DNA from: Thermodesulfobacteriota bacterium
GTDB lineage: Bacteria; Desulfobacterota; Desulfarculia; JACQYL01
Assembly: GCA_963675595.2 (NCBI GenBank)
Contig: CAXXLZ010000002.1
Coordinates: forward strand, 928,001-992,000
Direction of reading: 5' to 3'
DNA length: 64,000 bases
In this document: one piece after another, positions 20,901 to 29,800 of the stretch
Layout of the letters: each line of letters starts with the position of its first letter
Numbering within the stretch: the first letter of the stretch is position 1
Notes under the pieces: generated by a model
Seen by the model: only the letters and a program-made list of their open reading frames with translations
Database searches by the model: none
What the model was told of the DNA's origin: nothing
Translations under genes and position numbers: made by a program

Positions 20901-22038
20901 TCTGCCTCGCGATGTAGACGACATCGCTCTCTTCCTGCGCCCGTCTTCTCGATGCGGCCACGGCTTTTTCTATCGATTCCGCTTTGGAGCGGACGGCCGA
21001 ACTGGAGTCCATTAGTTCCTTTTGGTCTTTGAGCAGCTTCTTCAAATCCGTTTGCACGTCCCCGCAGGCTTTGACGCTCCCGCATTCGGAGGCTCTGCTC
21101 CGCAAATCCTCCAGTTGCGCCAAAAGCATCCCTTCGCGGCACGACGCCAACCGGCCCTTCACATGCTTGTTTGCCGCGTCGATGAAGGTCGCCGGCGCCT
21201 TATGGGCCGACATCCTTTGAATTTCTTTCAGGGCCTTTTCGTAGAGTTTTTCGCCCTGCTCGAATCGTCCTTGCTTCTCGGCCTTGTCGCCTTCGTCAAG
21301 AAAGCCGCTCAGCCGTTTGTGTGTCTTCAACAGGTCTCGGTAGCTCTGGGCGAGTTCGACCCGGTAGCCGTCCGCACCTGAATGTTCCTCGTATTCGGAA
21401 ACCAGCTCGCCCAGTCTTTCGATCTCCGCTCTCCCATAGCCGGGCGATTTGAAGGATATGTTCCCCAAAGACGCTTCCATGTCTCTCGCGATCGGGAGCA
21501 AGTCTCCCGCTTGGTGAACACGCCTTTTCGAGGCGGCCACGAGTTTTTCTCTTAAGTCCGGCGGCACACTACTACCAATCTTTGCTCCAACAACTATTTC
21601 TTGACTATCGATCCATATCAAAACCGGAAATATAAGTCCGGCGTCAAATACTTTATCGAGGTTACTGTATTCCAATGTCAGGAATAATCGATTTTTTGTT
21701 CCGAACTCCTCAATATCCTTTTTCCAGCGTATCCAGTTTTCACGTGGAGAAACGGGAACCGCAATAACGGATAATGCCTGGTCTTTCTTGGCCAGGGACT
21801 CAATAGATTTGAGTGTTCTTCTATCCATCTCTTCTTCAGGAATAAAGAAGAATACGGCGGTTAACGGTGATTTGAAAACATCTTTTGATTGTATGGTCTG
21901 TCCTTTAATATCCTTAAAAGTGAAAAAATTAACGCGCTGGCCTTCATTGACTATCGCAAGAAGTTCGCCATATCCAATAAAAATAAATAAACATGAAGCT
22001 AAAACTATATATTTTATTATAATATATATATATTTCAT
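14923..22038 (-). CDS. Giant secreted repeat protein 1 (2371 aa): signal, redoxin-like N-domain without CxxC, ten 193-aa helical repeats, divergent AT-rich tip
   Basis: Uninterrupted ORF; the SF.S.GYG...QGRF.QG.ELY..AL...SCREG...C.....C unit occurs ten times; N-domain FTFKDIKGQT...VFFF...P.LIWIDS resembles a thioredoxin fold. Confidence 0.85.
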   Translation of the reverse strand: MKYIYIIIKYIVLASCLFIFIGYGELLAIVNEGQRVNFFTFKDIKGQTIQSKDVFKSPLTAVFFFIPEEEMDRRTLKSIESLAKKDQALSVIAVPVSPRENWIRWKKDIEEFGTKNRLFLTLEYSNLDKVFDAGLIFPVLIWIDSQEIVVGAKIGSSVPPDLREKLVAASKRRVHQAGDLLPIARDMEASLGNISFKSPGYGRAEIERLGELVSEYEEHSGADGYRVELAQSYRDLLKTHKRLSGFLDEGDKAEKQGRFEQGEKLYEKALKEIQRMSAHKAPATFIDAANKHVKGRLASCREGMLLAQLEDLRSRASECGSVKACGDVQTDLKKLLKDQKELMDSSSAVRSKAESIEKAVAASRRRAQEESDVVYIARQMEGVLGKVSFQSPGYGSAEMDKLGGLVSKYGKYSGTRGYSSKTAKSCQDLIEAHKRLTDLLDAAERAENQGRFAQGEELYGKALGEIVQLSSHKELASFNEAAGEYVRGRLASCREGMLLAQLEDLRSRASECGSVTACGDVQTDLEKLLQGQKELMDSSSAVRSKAKALREAVVVSKRRAQEESDVVYIARQMQGVLGKVSFKSSGYGSAEMEELGSLVSKYGKYSGTRGYSSKTAKSCQDLIEAHERLTDLLDAAEKAENQGRFAQGEELYERALREIKGLSAYKAPAAFIDAASEHVKGRLASCREGMLLAQLEDLGSRASKCGSVKACGELKTALEKLLKDQKELMDSSSAVRTKADAVERAVTASKRRAEREGELARIVREMEEMLGKVSFQSPGYGSAQMDKVRELFSEYVKYSGTRGYRAETIKSYQELLARYERLTSILNAADEAENEGRFEQGKELYEKALREIESLSGHEAPASFSDAARKHVMSRTASCREGMLLGQLDDLAGKAAKCGGVEACEGIQTTLEKLLQGQKELVESSSAIRAKAEAIRAAAAVSKRKAQEEWELLRIAREMKESLDRISFKSPGYGGAETDKLGKLLSEYVRYSETRGYRSETAKSYREVLETHKRMASLLDEADKAGKQGRFEQGKELYEKAVEEMQGLSVHKEMATFNAGALAYVRDGIRSCREGILLGQLENLLRRASGCASVEFCERERVDLEWLLEEQKDLVETSSAIQSKAKAVRETVAASKRRALAEGELARTVREMEEMLGKVSFQSPGYGSDEMNKLAKLLLEYGKYSGTRGYSSKTAKSCQDLIEAHKRLTDLLDAAERAENQGRFAQGEELYEKALGEIVQLSSHKELASFNEAAGEYVRGRLASCREGMLLAQLADLAGKGAKCDGVEACEGIQTALETLIRGEKDLVGSSPMVRSKADAVREAVALSKKLAQEEGELLRIVREMKESLGKVFFQAPGYGSSEMDRLSSLVLEYGQYSRARGYQAETVKSYQELLAGHERLTSILNGAHEAENQGRFEQGEELYAKALEEIQSLSGHKELETFNGTARDYVKGRLASCREGMLLAQLEDLGSRASKCGSVTACGDVQTDLEKLLQGQKELVVSSSAIRSKAESIEKAVAASRGRAEREGELARIVREMDELLGKVSFQSPGYGSVQMDKLGELVSKYGKYSGIRGYSSKTAKNYQDLTEAHKRLTGLLDAAEKAENQGRFEQGKELYEKALEEMRGLSVHKEMATFNAGALAYVRDGIRSCREGMLLAQLEDLGSRASKCGSVKACGDVQTDLEKLLQDQKELMDSSSAIRSEAESIEKAVAASRGRAQEESDVVYIARQMKGVLGKVSFTSSGYGSAEMDKLGELVSKYGKYSSTRGYSSKTVKSYQDLIEAHKRLTGLLDAAEKAENQGRFDQGEELYAKALEEIQSLSGHQELGTFTGAAREHVKGRLASCREGMLLAQLEDLGSRASECGSVKACGDVRTDLEKLLQGQKELMDSSSAVRSKAESIEKAVTASRGRAEREGELARIVREMEEMLGKVSFQSPGYGSAQMEQVGSLVSEYRKYSSTQGYRSETAKSYRDLVEAHKRLRGFLNAADEAENKGLFAQGEELYGKVLKEIEGLSAYKKLATFNEAARKHVQGRLASRREGILLGQLDDLAAKAVKCGGVEACEGIQIALENLLQSKKELVGSSSAIRSKADQIRRAVVQSKERMEQKGESIRIGKKQEMKRVVEKLMAEIHQPNHGTSEFEKLETIISEYDSTYGKTEKSNDTVIMYREFLDVFRVLISGYEIIDEDVRLAKLTENNQDYYSGSNTGWLSGLSGIFSGSKTNDNENGKLYDRYTSIKYLKRAKLNAKEIIKKLSKVNVTHKQVDYFVRETNAIMSGLIINWDAFIFKNELKDLQNRIDKCDTLDCCLEVSIDFKQTVEGHQQSIQSYPKLNDLVRLVEKSVKDEIKKKASEKYRDKPSPYPKELFVPVPGI
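15710..21500 (-). repeat. Ten tandem 579-bp coding repeats
   Basis: Shadow ORFs recur at 579-bp spacing (e.g. 20267/20846); boundaries approximate. Confidence 0.9.
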
Positions 22039-22197
22039 GTAAATATCGGAGATTAGACCATTATATTAGGATATTCAGGAGCTAATTTATTTAACGTATG
22101 GCAATAACTTTTTACATCAAGGATGAGGTATCTCCACAGACAGGTATAAATAGTTACGTGCCCCGACCCTCCCGCCGCGAATAACCCCCAACGCTCA

Positions 22198-22329
22198 GGC
22201 CCGGGTTCTTCGCTCATGGGCTTCGCCGCATGCGCAGGCTCCGCCCTCTTCGCTCAGAACCTCGGCCCTCACCTGCAAGGAAAACCGCACAGGGTAAAGG
22301 GGTAAAAGGGATCAGGGGTAAGACCTCAG
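22198..22329 (-). repeat. 132-bp 3' element, copy A (IMH-like pyrimidine tract + GC hairpin)
   Basis: Identical to 24517-24648; covers the last codons of the gene and the downstream sequence. Confidence 0.9.
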
Positions 22330-24306
22330 CAGACGCGCGCCGAGGTTGCCGCCGCGGACGTCCGGCGTGAGGCCGCCGCGATTCGCCGAACGGCAGTACC
22401 CCGCGTAGTAGTACCAGCCGCCGCCGCGAAGAACCCGGTAGGAGCCTGAAGCGGGACCCGTGGGATCCGTAACGGATCCACTGGGATAGTCGCCGAACCA
22501 GTCTTCCACCCACTCCCAGACGTTTCCGTGCATGTCGTACAACCCCCAGGCATTGGCCGCCTTTTGAGCCACGGGATGTGTCATGTCTCCGGAATTGTGA
22601 CAATACCACCCCATGGCGTACAGGTTCGGATCATAACCGCAGACGGTTTCCGTGATGCCGCCATTGGCAAAGGCCGTCGTGGAACCCGCCCGAGCCGCGC
22701 ACTCCCACTCCGCTTCCGTGGGCAACCGGTACGTGCCCTCGCCCAGTTGATTCATTGCCGCCACAAAATCCTGGACGTCGTCCCACGATACAGATTCCAC
22801 GGGACAATCATCTCCACAAGAACTGAACGAGGAGGGATTGCTCCCCATGACCGCTTTCCACTGCCCCTGCGTAATCTCCGTGGTCTGCAGGTAATATCCT
22901 TGGGTCAGCGTCACCTGGTGTTGCGTCTCATCGCTGTCCCGGCCCGGCTCATCCGTGGGACTGCCCATGGTGAACGTGCCCGGCGGGATATATTTGAAGG
23001 TCATGCCGAGAGAGTTGGTGAACGTGTCCGGTGGCGACGTTTGCAGGAATTTCGACCAGGCCTGTGTCGGTCGGGGGGACCCGGAAAACGGCGCTTCCAC
23101 GCATCTTTCCAGCGAATCCATGCCGGCTGTGCCGGAACCCGAAAAGCTCATGGTCAGGTGGTACGGTTTGCCCCCTAACTCATCCGCATCGATGCCGTCG
23201 GCGGCGTTGGAATCCAGGAACACGTAGTAGTCCGCCAGGTTCGAGGTTCCGATGGCAACAGCCGAACCCGTGTCGTAGGTTTGGACGTAGTAGTTCATCT
23301 GCGCGGCGCCGCAGGAAGGAGACTTCCAGATCCCGTGATTGGCCGGGGTCGAGCCCAGGCCGTTGGTCCTGGATATGACGTAGGTCGCCGGGGAGCCGAA
23401 CCGGGTCAATACGGCGTTCCCGTGACTTCCGTCCGTAAACGTGACGGACAGATGGTGTCCCATTCCGGCGTAGTCGCTCACATCGATGCCGTCTTGAATA
23501 TCGGCGTCGATGAACACGTAGTACTCCGTCAGATCGGGCGTGGCCAGGATCAAGGCCGAACCGTCCACATAACTCTGGATGTAGAAGTTCATGGAAAGCC
23601 CCGCGTCCTTCCATATCCCGTCGTAGATTACCGACCACGAACCGACCTGAATTTGAAAGCTCCTGGGCACGGAAGTCCGGTCATCGCTATCCCTTACGCT
23701 GCAGGTCGCCGTATAAGAGCCCCCCTGCGCGTAGGTGTGACTGGTTTGTCCGTCGGAACGGATGTCGGAGGTCCCGTCGTCGAACCGAAAAACGTACTCT
23801 ACAATGGGCGATCCATAGGGGTCGTATCCCGAACAGGTGCAATCGACCTGCAACGGTGCGTTCCCCGACGCGGGTGAACAAGAAAACGCCGAGACTACGG
23901 GATCCTCGCAAACTTCACCGATTTCCGGAACATAGGTGCAACCGGAGGGGCCCAGATTGGCACGAATCTCTATCGGCTCTAACACGGTGGAGCTCCCGTC
24001 GGCATGAAAGGCCGTGCAGACCGCGAGAAACTCGCCGGCGCCCAAATACGTGTGCGCCACATAACCTCGGGAGGAGGATTCAAAAGAGCCGTCGCCGAAG
24101 TCGAAAAAGTATTCAACCGCGCCCGGAGCCGTATCGGGTACGGCGCAGCCGAAGGATACCGTCAACGGAGCCGGACCGGCCGCCGGATCGGGACGAACGT
24201 TGAAAGCCGAGGTTGCAAAAGACACCGGTGGACTCAGCGTCGAGGCAACGAGGCATCCAAAGACAGTAAAAAGGAGCATTCTCGGTAACGAATAGGGTGA
24301 TCTCAT
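22312..24306 (-). CDS. Secreted 2xPKD + 2x unknown ~95-aa domain + FGE-sulfatase (CLec-fold) protein A; candidate DGR target
   Basis: Likely start MRSPYSL with GGAGAG RBS; PKD motifs G.APLTVSF, YFFDFGDG and HTY..G.Y; FGE motifs RLPTEAEWE, NAWGLYDMHGNVWEW and RGGGW. Confidence 0.85.
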   Translation of the reverse strand: MRSPYSLPRMLLFTVFGCLVASTLSPPVSFATSAFNVRPDPAAGPAPLTVSFGCAVPDTAPGAVEYFFDFGDGSFESSSRGYVAHTYLGAGEFLAVCTAFHADGSSTVLEPIEIRANLGPSGCTYVPEIGEVCEDPVVSAFSCSPASGNAPLQVDCTCSGYDPYGSPIVEYVFRFDDGTSDIRSDGQTSHTYAQGGSYTATCSVRDSDDRTSVPRSFQIQVGSWSVIYDGIWKDAGLSMNFYIQSYVDGSALILATPDLTEYYVFIDADIQDGIDVSDYAGMGHHLSVTFTDGSHGNAVLTRFGSPATYVISRTNGLGSTPANHGIWKSPSCGAAQMNYYVQTYDTGSAVAIGTSNLADYYVFLDSNAADGIDADELGGKPYHLTMSFSGSGTAGMDSLERCVEAPFSGSPRPTQAWSKFLQTSPPDTFTNSLGMTFKYIPPGTFTMGSPTDEPGRDSDETQHQVTLTQGYYLQTTEITQGQWKAVMGSNPSSFSSCGDDCPVESVSWDDVQDFVAAMNQLGEGTYRLPTEAEWECAARAGSTTAFANGGITETVCGYDPNLYAMGWYCHNSGDMTHPVAQKAANAWGLYDMHGNVWEWVEDWFGDYPSGSVTDPTGPASGSYRVLRGGGWYYYAGYCRSANRGGLTPDVRGGNLGARLLRSYP

Positions 24307-24516
24307 GCGCTCTCCCAAAGGCCCAAAGATTAACGGATCACGGTGCGATTGGATTTGCCCCGCTATCTCCCTTTCCAGTCGGGTTAGTGAAACCATCATG
24401 GACCGACTAGCTTCGGACGGGATTTCATACGGGGTCAAATATGGCTGTAAATTCAGCCTCGCTTCGCTCGGCTTTCTTTTCCCTTTATCCTTACGCCGGG
24501 AACGTCTCCCCGTTCC

Positions 24517-24648
24517 GGCCCGGGTTCTTCGCTCATGGGCTTCGCCGCATGCGCAGGCTCCGCCCTCTTCGCTCAGAACCTCGGCCCTCACCTGCAAGGA
24601 AAACCGCACAGGGTAAAGGGGTAAAAGGGATCAGGGGTAAGACCTCAG
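24517..24648 (-). repeat. 132-bp 3' element, copy B
   Basis: Identical to 22198-22329. Confidence 0.9.
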
Positions 24649-26634
24649 AAGGCGCAAACCGAGGTGGCCGTCGCGGGTGACCGGCGCGCGGATGAAGCGA
24701 AAGGCCGAACGACAGTACAACGCGTAGTTGTCCCAGCTGCCGCCGCGACACACCCGGTGGGAGCCCGACGACGGACCCGTGGGATCCGTTACGGATCGAC
24801 TCGGATAAGTGCCGTACCAGTCCTGACACCACTCCAACACATTGCCGTGCATGTCGTAGAGTCCCCAGGCATTGGCCGACAAGCTGCCCGTAGGAATCGT
24901 CTTTCCTCGGTCCTCACCTTCCGGACAGCCGGACATCGGATAATCCCCGTCATAATTCGCATCGTCGGTTGACAGACAGTCTCCAAAAGCGAAAGGAGTG
25001 GTGGAGCCCGCCCTTGCGGCGTACTCCCACTCCGCTTCCGTGGGCAACCGGTACGTGCCCTCGCCCAGTTGATTCATTGCCGCCACAAAATCCTGGACGT
25101 CGTCCCACGATACAAATTCCACGGGACAATCATCTCCACAAGAACTGAACCAGGAGGGATTGCTCCCCATGACCGCTTTCCACTGCCCCTGCGTAATCTC
25201 CGTGGTCTGCAGGTAATATCCTTGGGTCAGCGTCACCTGGTGTTGCGTCTCATCGCTGTCCCGGCTCGGCTCATCCGTGGGACTGCCCATGGTGAACGTG
25301 CCCGGCGGGATATATTTGAAGGTCATGCCGAGAGAGTTGGTGAACGTGTCCGGTGGCGACGTTTGCAGGAATTTCGACCAGGCCTGTGTCGGTCGGGGGG
25401 ACCCGGAAAACGGCGCTTCCACGCATCTTTCCAGCGAATCCATGCCGGCTGTGCCGGAACCCGAAAAGCTCATGGACAGGTGGTACGGTTTGCCCCCTAA
25501 CTCATCCGCATCGATGCCGTCGGCGGCGTTGGAATCCAGGAACACGTAGTAGTCCGCCAGGTTCGAGGTTCCGATGGCAACAGCCGAACCCGTGTCGTAG
25601 GTTTGGACGTAGTAGTTCATCTGCGCGGCGCCGCAGGAAGGAGACTTCCAGATCCCGTGATTGGCCGGGGTCGAGCCCAGGCCGTTGGTCCTGGATATGA
25701 CGTAGGTCGCCGGGGAGCCGAACCGGGTCAATACGGCGTTCCCGTGACTTCCGTCCGTAAACGTGACGGACAGATGGTGTCCCATTCCGGCGTAGTCGCT
25801 CACATCGATGCCGTCTTGAATATCGGCGTCGATGAACACGTAGTACTCCGTCAGATCGGGCGTGGCCAGGATCAAGGCCGAACCGTCCACATAACTCTGG
25901 ATGTAGAAGTTCATGGAAAGCCCCGCGTCCTTCCATATCCCGTCGTAGATTACCGACCACGAACCGACCTGAATTTGAAAGCTCCTGGGCACGGAAGTCC
26001 GGTCATCGCTATCCCTTACGCTGCAGGTCGCCGTATAAGAGCCCCCCTGCGCGTAGGTGTGACTGGTTTGTCCGTCGGAACGGATGTCGGAGGTCCCGTC
26101 GTCGAACCGAAAAACGTACTCTACAATGGGCGATCCATAGGGGTCGTATCCCGAACAGGTGCAATCGACCTGCAACGGTGCGTTCCCCGACGCGGGTGAA
26201 CAAGAAAACGCCGAGACTACGGGATCCTCGCAAACTTCACCGATTTCCGGAACATAGGTGCAACCGGAGGGGCCCAGATTGGCACGAATCTCTATCGGCT
26301 CTAACACGGTGGAGCTCCCGTCCGCATGGAAGGCCGTGCAGACTGCGAGGAACTCCCCGGCCCCTATATACGTATGCTCGGCCAAGCCGCGGGTGGAGAA
26401 TTCAAAAAACCCGTCACCGAAGTCGAAAAAGTATTCCGTCGCACCTTGAATCGTTTCAGGTACCGCGCAGTCGAAGGAGACCGTCAACGGTGCCGGACCC
26501 GCCGCCGGATCGGGACGGGCAAAAAGGCCTTCGTTCTCCGAGGACGATGCGACGGTTCCAGCGAAGGCGACAAAGGTTGCGAGCAAGAGGATCAGCATAC
26601 GAAGGCCTCTGGGAAGCGCGTCTCTTGTACTCAT
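24631..26634 (-). CDS. Secreted 2xPKD + 2x unknown domain + FGE-sulfatase protein B; candidate DGR target
   Basis: Likely start MSTRDAL with AGGAG RBS; central ~1.3 kb nearly identical to gene A (offset 2322); different C-terminal half of the FGE domain. Confidence 0.85.
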   Translation of the reverse strand: MSTRDALPRGLRMLILLLATFVAFAGTVASSSENEGLFARPDPAAGPAPLTVSFDCAVPETIQGATEYFFDFGDGFFEFSTRGLAEHTYIGAGEFLAVCTAFHADGSSTVLEPIEIRANLGPSGCTYVPEIGEVCEDPVVSAFSCSPASGNAPLQVDCTCSGYDPYGSPIVEYVFRFDDGTSDIRSDGQTSHTYAQGGSYTATCSVRDSDDRTSVPRSFQIQVGSWSVIYDGIWKDAGLSMNFYIQSYVDGSALILATPDLTEYYVFIDADIQDGIDVSDYAGMGHHLSVTFTDGSHGNAVLTRFGSPATYVISRTNGLGSTPANHGIWKSPSCGAAQMNYYVQTYDTGSAVAIGTSNLADYYVFLDSNAADGIDADELGGKPYHLSMSFSGSGTAGMDSLERCVEAPFSGSPRPTQAWSKFLQTSPPDTFTNSLGMTFKYIPPGTFTMGSPTDEPSRDSDETQHQVTLTQGYYLQTTEITQGQWKAVMGSNPSWFSSCGDDCPVEFVSWDDVQDFVAAMNQLGEGTYRLPTEAEWEYAARAGSTTPFAFGDCLSTDDANYDGDYPMSGCPEGEDRGKTIPTGSLSANAWGLYDMHGNVLEWCQDWYGTYPSRSVTDPTGPSSGSHRVCRGGSWDNYALYCRSAFRFIRAPVTRDGHLGLRLLRSYP

Positions 26635-26860
26635 GAGGGTCTCCTGTGCGTTTTCGTTTTTCGGAACGCCCGAAAGGGGTAGAAGCGGAAATTTCATGTC
26701 CGTTTTCTTTTGCCCAAAACGGATGGAGTGGATTCTCGGAGAAAAAACGAGCGACCGATGAACGTATCTGCTCACTGCCGAGCCTCTCTGATCATTCGGA
26801 TCATTCAAACTGCGACGCCCTCGTCGGAGGTTCCGGGTTTCCGGATGGTCGCACATGAGG

Positions 26861-29800
26861 TTAGTGATTCGACTTTGCGCGTTGCCTCGCAGCCAGGAGA
26901 TCGGCAAGGGATTCTCGTGTAAGCTGTTCGGCCTTGCGGTTCCATTCGGCGTCCCCGTAATAACTCACGGAAACCTCGTTCGCGAACGCTTTGCCCGTGT
27001 GTAAATCCACCAGGGCGGTGTATATTTTGGAATCAATGGTCGGACTGTACGGATTTTCTGCGGTGAGTCGGACCGCGTAGGAAATGACTGCGTCCGCCCC
27101 TGCCGCCGCTCCCAAGCTTCGCATGGTTTCCGTGTCGGGTCGCGGATCGTTTTCAGACCATCTGTGAGTCCAGACACCGGTTGACCGGGTCTTTTCATTC
27201 AAGATCGGAGTACCAACGAGCGCGGGGTGGAATCCGGCGAAATCGTACGCGGAGGCAACGGCCGTGATTTTGACAAACCCGGGCAAGATTTCAGATAGAG
27301 CTTTGAGAAAGTAATTCAGAAGGCGGTCGTGTTCTGTCGGAAGATCAAAGGGCAGGATCACCAGCTTGACGTTGGAATCCACAGCCGGTTTGACGGCCGG
27401 CCGCTGATCGTCGGCTTTCACAGCGGCAGCCGGTTCAGGCTTTTTCCCGATCGATACGGAAACATGATGCGATCTTGCGCGTTGCCTCGCGGCAAGAAAA
27501 TCGGCAAAGGATACTCGTGTGAGTTGTTCTGCCTTGCGGTTCCATTCGGCGTCTCCGTAATAACTCACGGAAACCTCGTTCACGAACGCTTCGCCCGTAT
27601 GTACATTCACCAGGGCGGTGCATATCTTGGAATCAATGGTCGGGCTGTACGGATTTTCTGCGGAGAGTCGGACCGCGTAGGAAATGACTGCGTCCGCCCC
27701 TGCCGCCGCGCCCAAGCTTCGCATGGCTTCCGTGTCGGGTCGTGGATCGTTTTCAGACCATATGTGGTTCAAGACACCGCTTGACCGGGTCTTTTCATTC
27801 AAGTTCGGAGTGTCAGCGAGCGCAGGGTGGAATCCGGCGAAATCATACGCGGAGGCAACGGCCGTGATGTCGGCATGACCGGGCAAAATTTCAGATAGGG
27901 CTTTGAGAAAGTACTTCAGATGGCGGTCGTGTTCTGTCGGAAGATCAAAGGGCAGGATCACCAGCTTGACGTTGGAATCCACAGCCGGTTTGACGGCCGG
28001 CCGCTGATCGTCGGCTTTCAGAGCGGCAGCCGGTTCGGGCTCTTTTCCCATCGATATGGGAGACGGCTCGAAAGCGAGCAAATCCCCCTCTTGCTGAGCC
28101 CGTTTTCTTGACACGGCCACGGCTTCTCTTACAGCTTCCGCTTTGGCCCGGATCGCCGGGCTACAATCCAACAGGTCCTTTTTGCCTTGAAGTAACTTCT
28201 CCAGTGTCGCTTGCACCTGCCCGCATGCTTCCAAGCTCTCGCAACTGGTCCCCTTCCCGGCCAGGTCTTCCAGTTTTCCCAGAAGAATCCCTTCTCGGCA
28301 GGACGCCATGCGACTGGTCACATGCGCTCGTGCCGCCTCGTTGAACGAGGAGAGTTCTCTGCAAGCGGACAGCTGTTCGATCTCCCCAAGGGCCCTCTCG
28401 TACAGCTCTTTTCCCTGCTCGAAACGACCCTGTTTCTCGGCCTTGTTCGCAGCGTCCAGCAAACCCGTCAGCCGTTTATGCGCCTCCAACAAGTCTCGAT
28501 AGCTCTTAACGGTTTCGGACTGGTATCCGCGTGTCTCCGAGTATCTCACGTACTCCGAGATGAGCTTCCCCAGCTCGTCCGTTTCAGCCCCGCCGTACCC
28601 CGGCGACTTGAAGGAAATCCTATCCAACGACTCCTTCATCTCCCTCGCGATCCGGAGCAATTCCCACTCTTCCTGCGCCTTTCTTTTAGACACTGCCGCC
28701 GCTGCTCTTATGGCTTCCGCTTTGGCCCGGATCGCCGAGCTGGATTCCACCAACTCCTTTTGGCCTTGGAGCAACTTCTCCAGAGCAGTGTGCACTGCCC
28801 CGCATGCTTCAACACTCCTACACCTGGAAGCGTCACCGGCCAAATCCTCCAGTTGCGCCAAAAGCATCCCTTCGCGGCACGACGCCAGCCTGCCTCTTAC
28901 GTACTCTCCCGCCGCCTCATTAAAGGAGGCGATTTCCTTGTGGGAAGACAGCTGTTCGATTTCCCCAAGGGCCTTTTCGTAGAGTTCCTCGCCCTGCTCG
29001 AACCGTCCTTGATTCTCAGCCTTTTCCGCCGCATCCAGAAGACCCGTCAGCCGTTTATGGGCCTCGATCAGATCATTATAGCTTTTGGCGGTTTCGGGCT
29101 TGTATCCTTGGGTACTCGAGTACTTCCCGTATTTCGATACCAGACTGCCCAGCTCATTCATCTCATCCGAACCGTATCCCGGCGATTGGAAGGACACCTT
29201 TCCAAACAACTCATCCATTTCCCTCACGATGCTGGCCAGCTCTCCCTCTGCCAGCGCCCGTCTTTTGGAAGCGGCCACGGCTCTTTCTAAGGCTTCAGCT
29301 TTGGTCCGGACGGCCGAACTGGAATCCATTAGTTCCTTTTGGCCTTGGAGCAGCTTCTCCAGAGCCGTTTTCAACTCCCCGCACGCTTTGACGCTCCCGC
29401 ATTCCGAGGCCCTGCTCCCCAAATCCTCCAAGCGCCCCAAGAGGACCCCCTCGCTGCAGGACTGCATGCGACTCCTCACATGTCGTTGTGCCGCGTCGAT
29501 GAAGGTCGCCGGCGCCTTGTAGGCGGACAGGCCTTCGACCTCCATGAGCGCCTTCTCGTAGAGTTCCTCGCCCTGATCGAACCGTCCCTGATTCTCCGCC
29601 TTTTCGGCCGCATCCAGAAGCTCCGTCAGCCGTTTATGTCCCTCGATCAGATCATTATAGCTTTTGGCGGTTTCGGCCTGGTATCCTTGGGTACTCGAGT
29701 ACTTCCCGTATTTCGAGACCAGACTGCCCAGCTTATCCATCTCAGCCGAACCGTATCCCGGCGATTGGAAGGACACCTTTCCCAACAACTCATCCATTTC

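Noticed and set aside
22039-22197. DGR template repeat in intergenic DNA (also 24307-24516 and 26635-26860)
   Set aside because: No AAC-rich copy of either variable region, and no reverse-transcriptase ORF in the window
24307-24609. Extended N-termini of the PKD-FGE ORFs in the ORF track (to 24609 and 26907)
   Set aside because: They run through the 132-bp element or the upstream gene; better starts with RBS and signal peptide lie at 24306 and 26634
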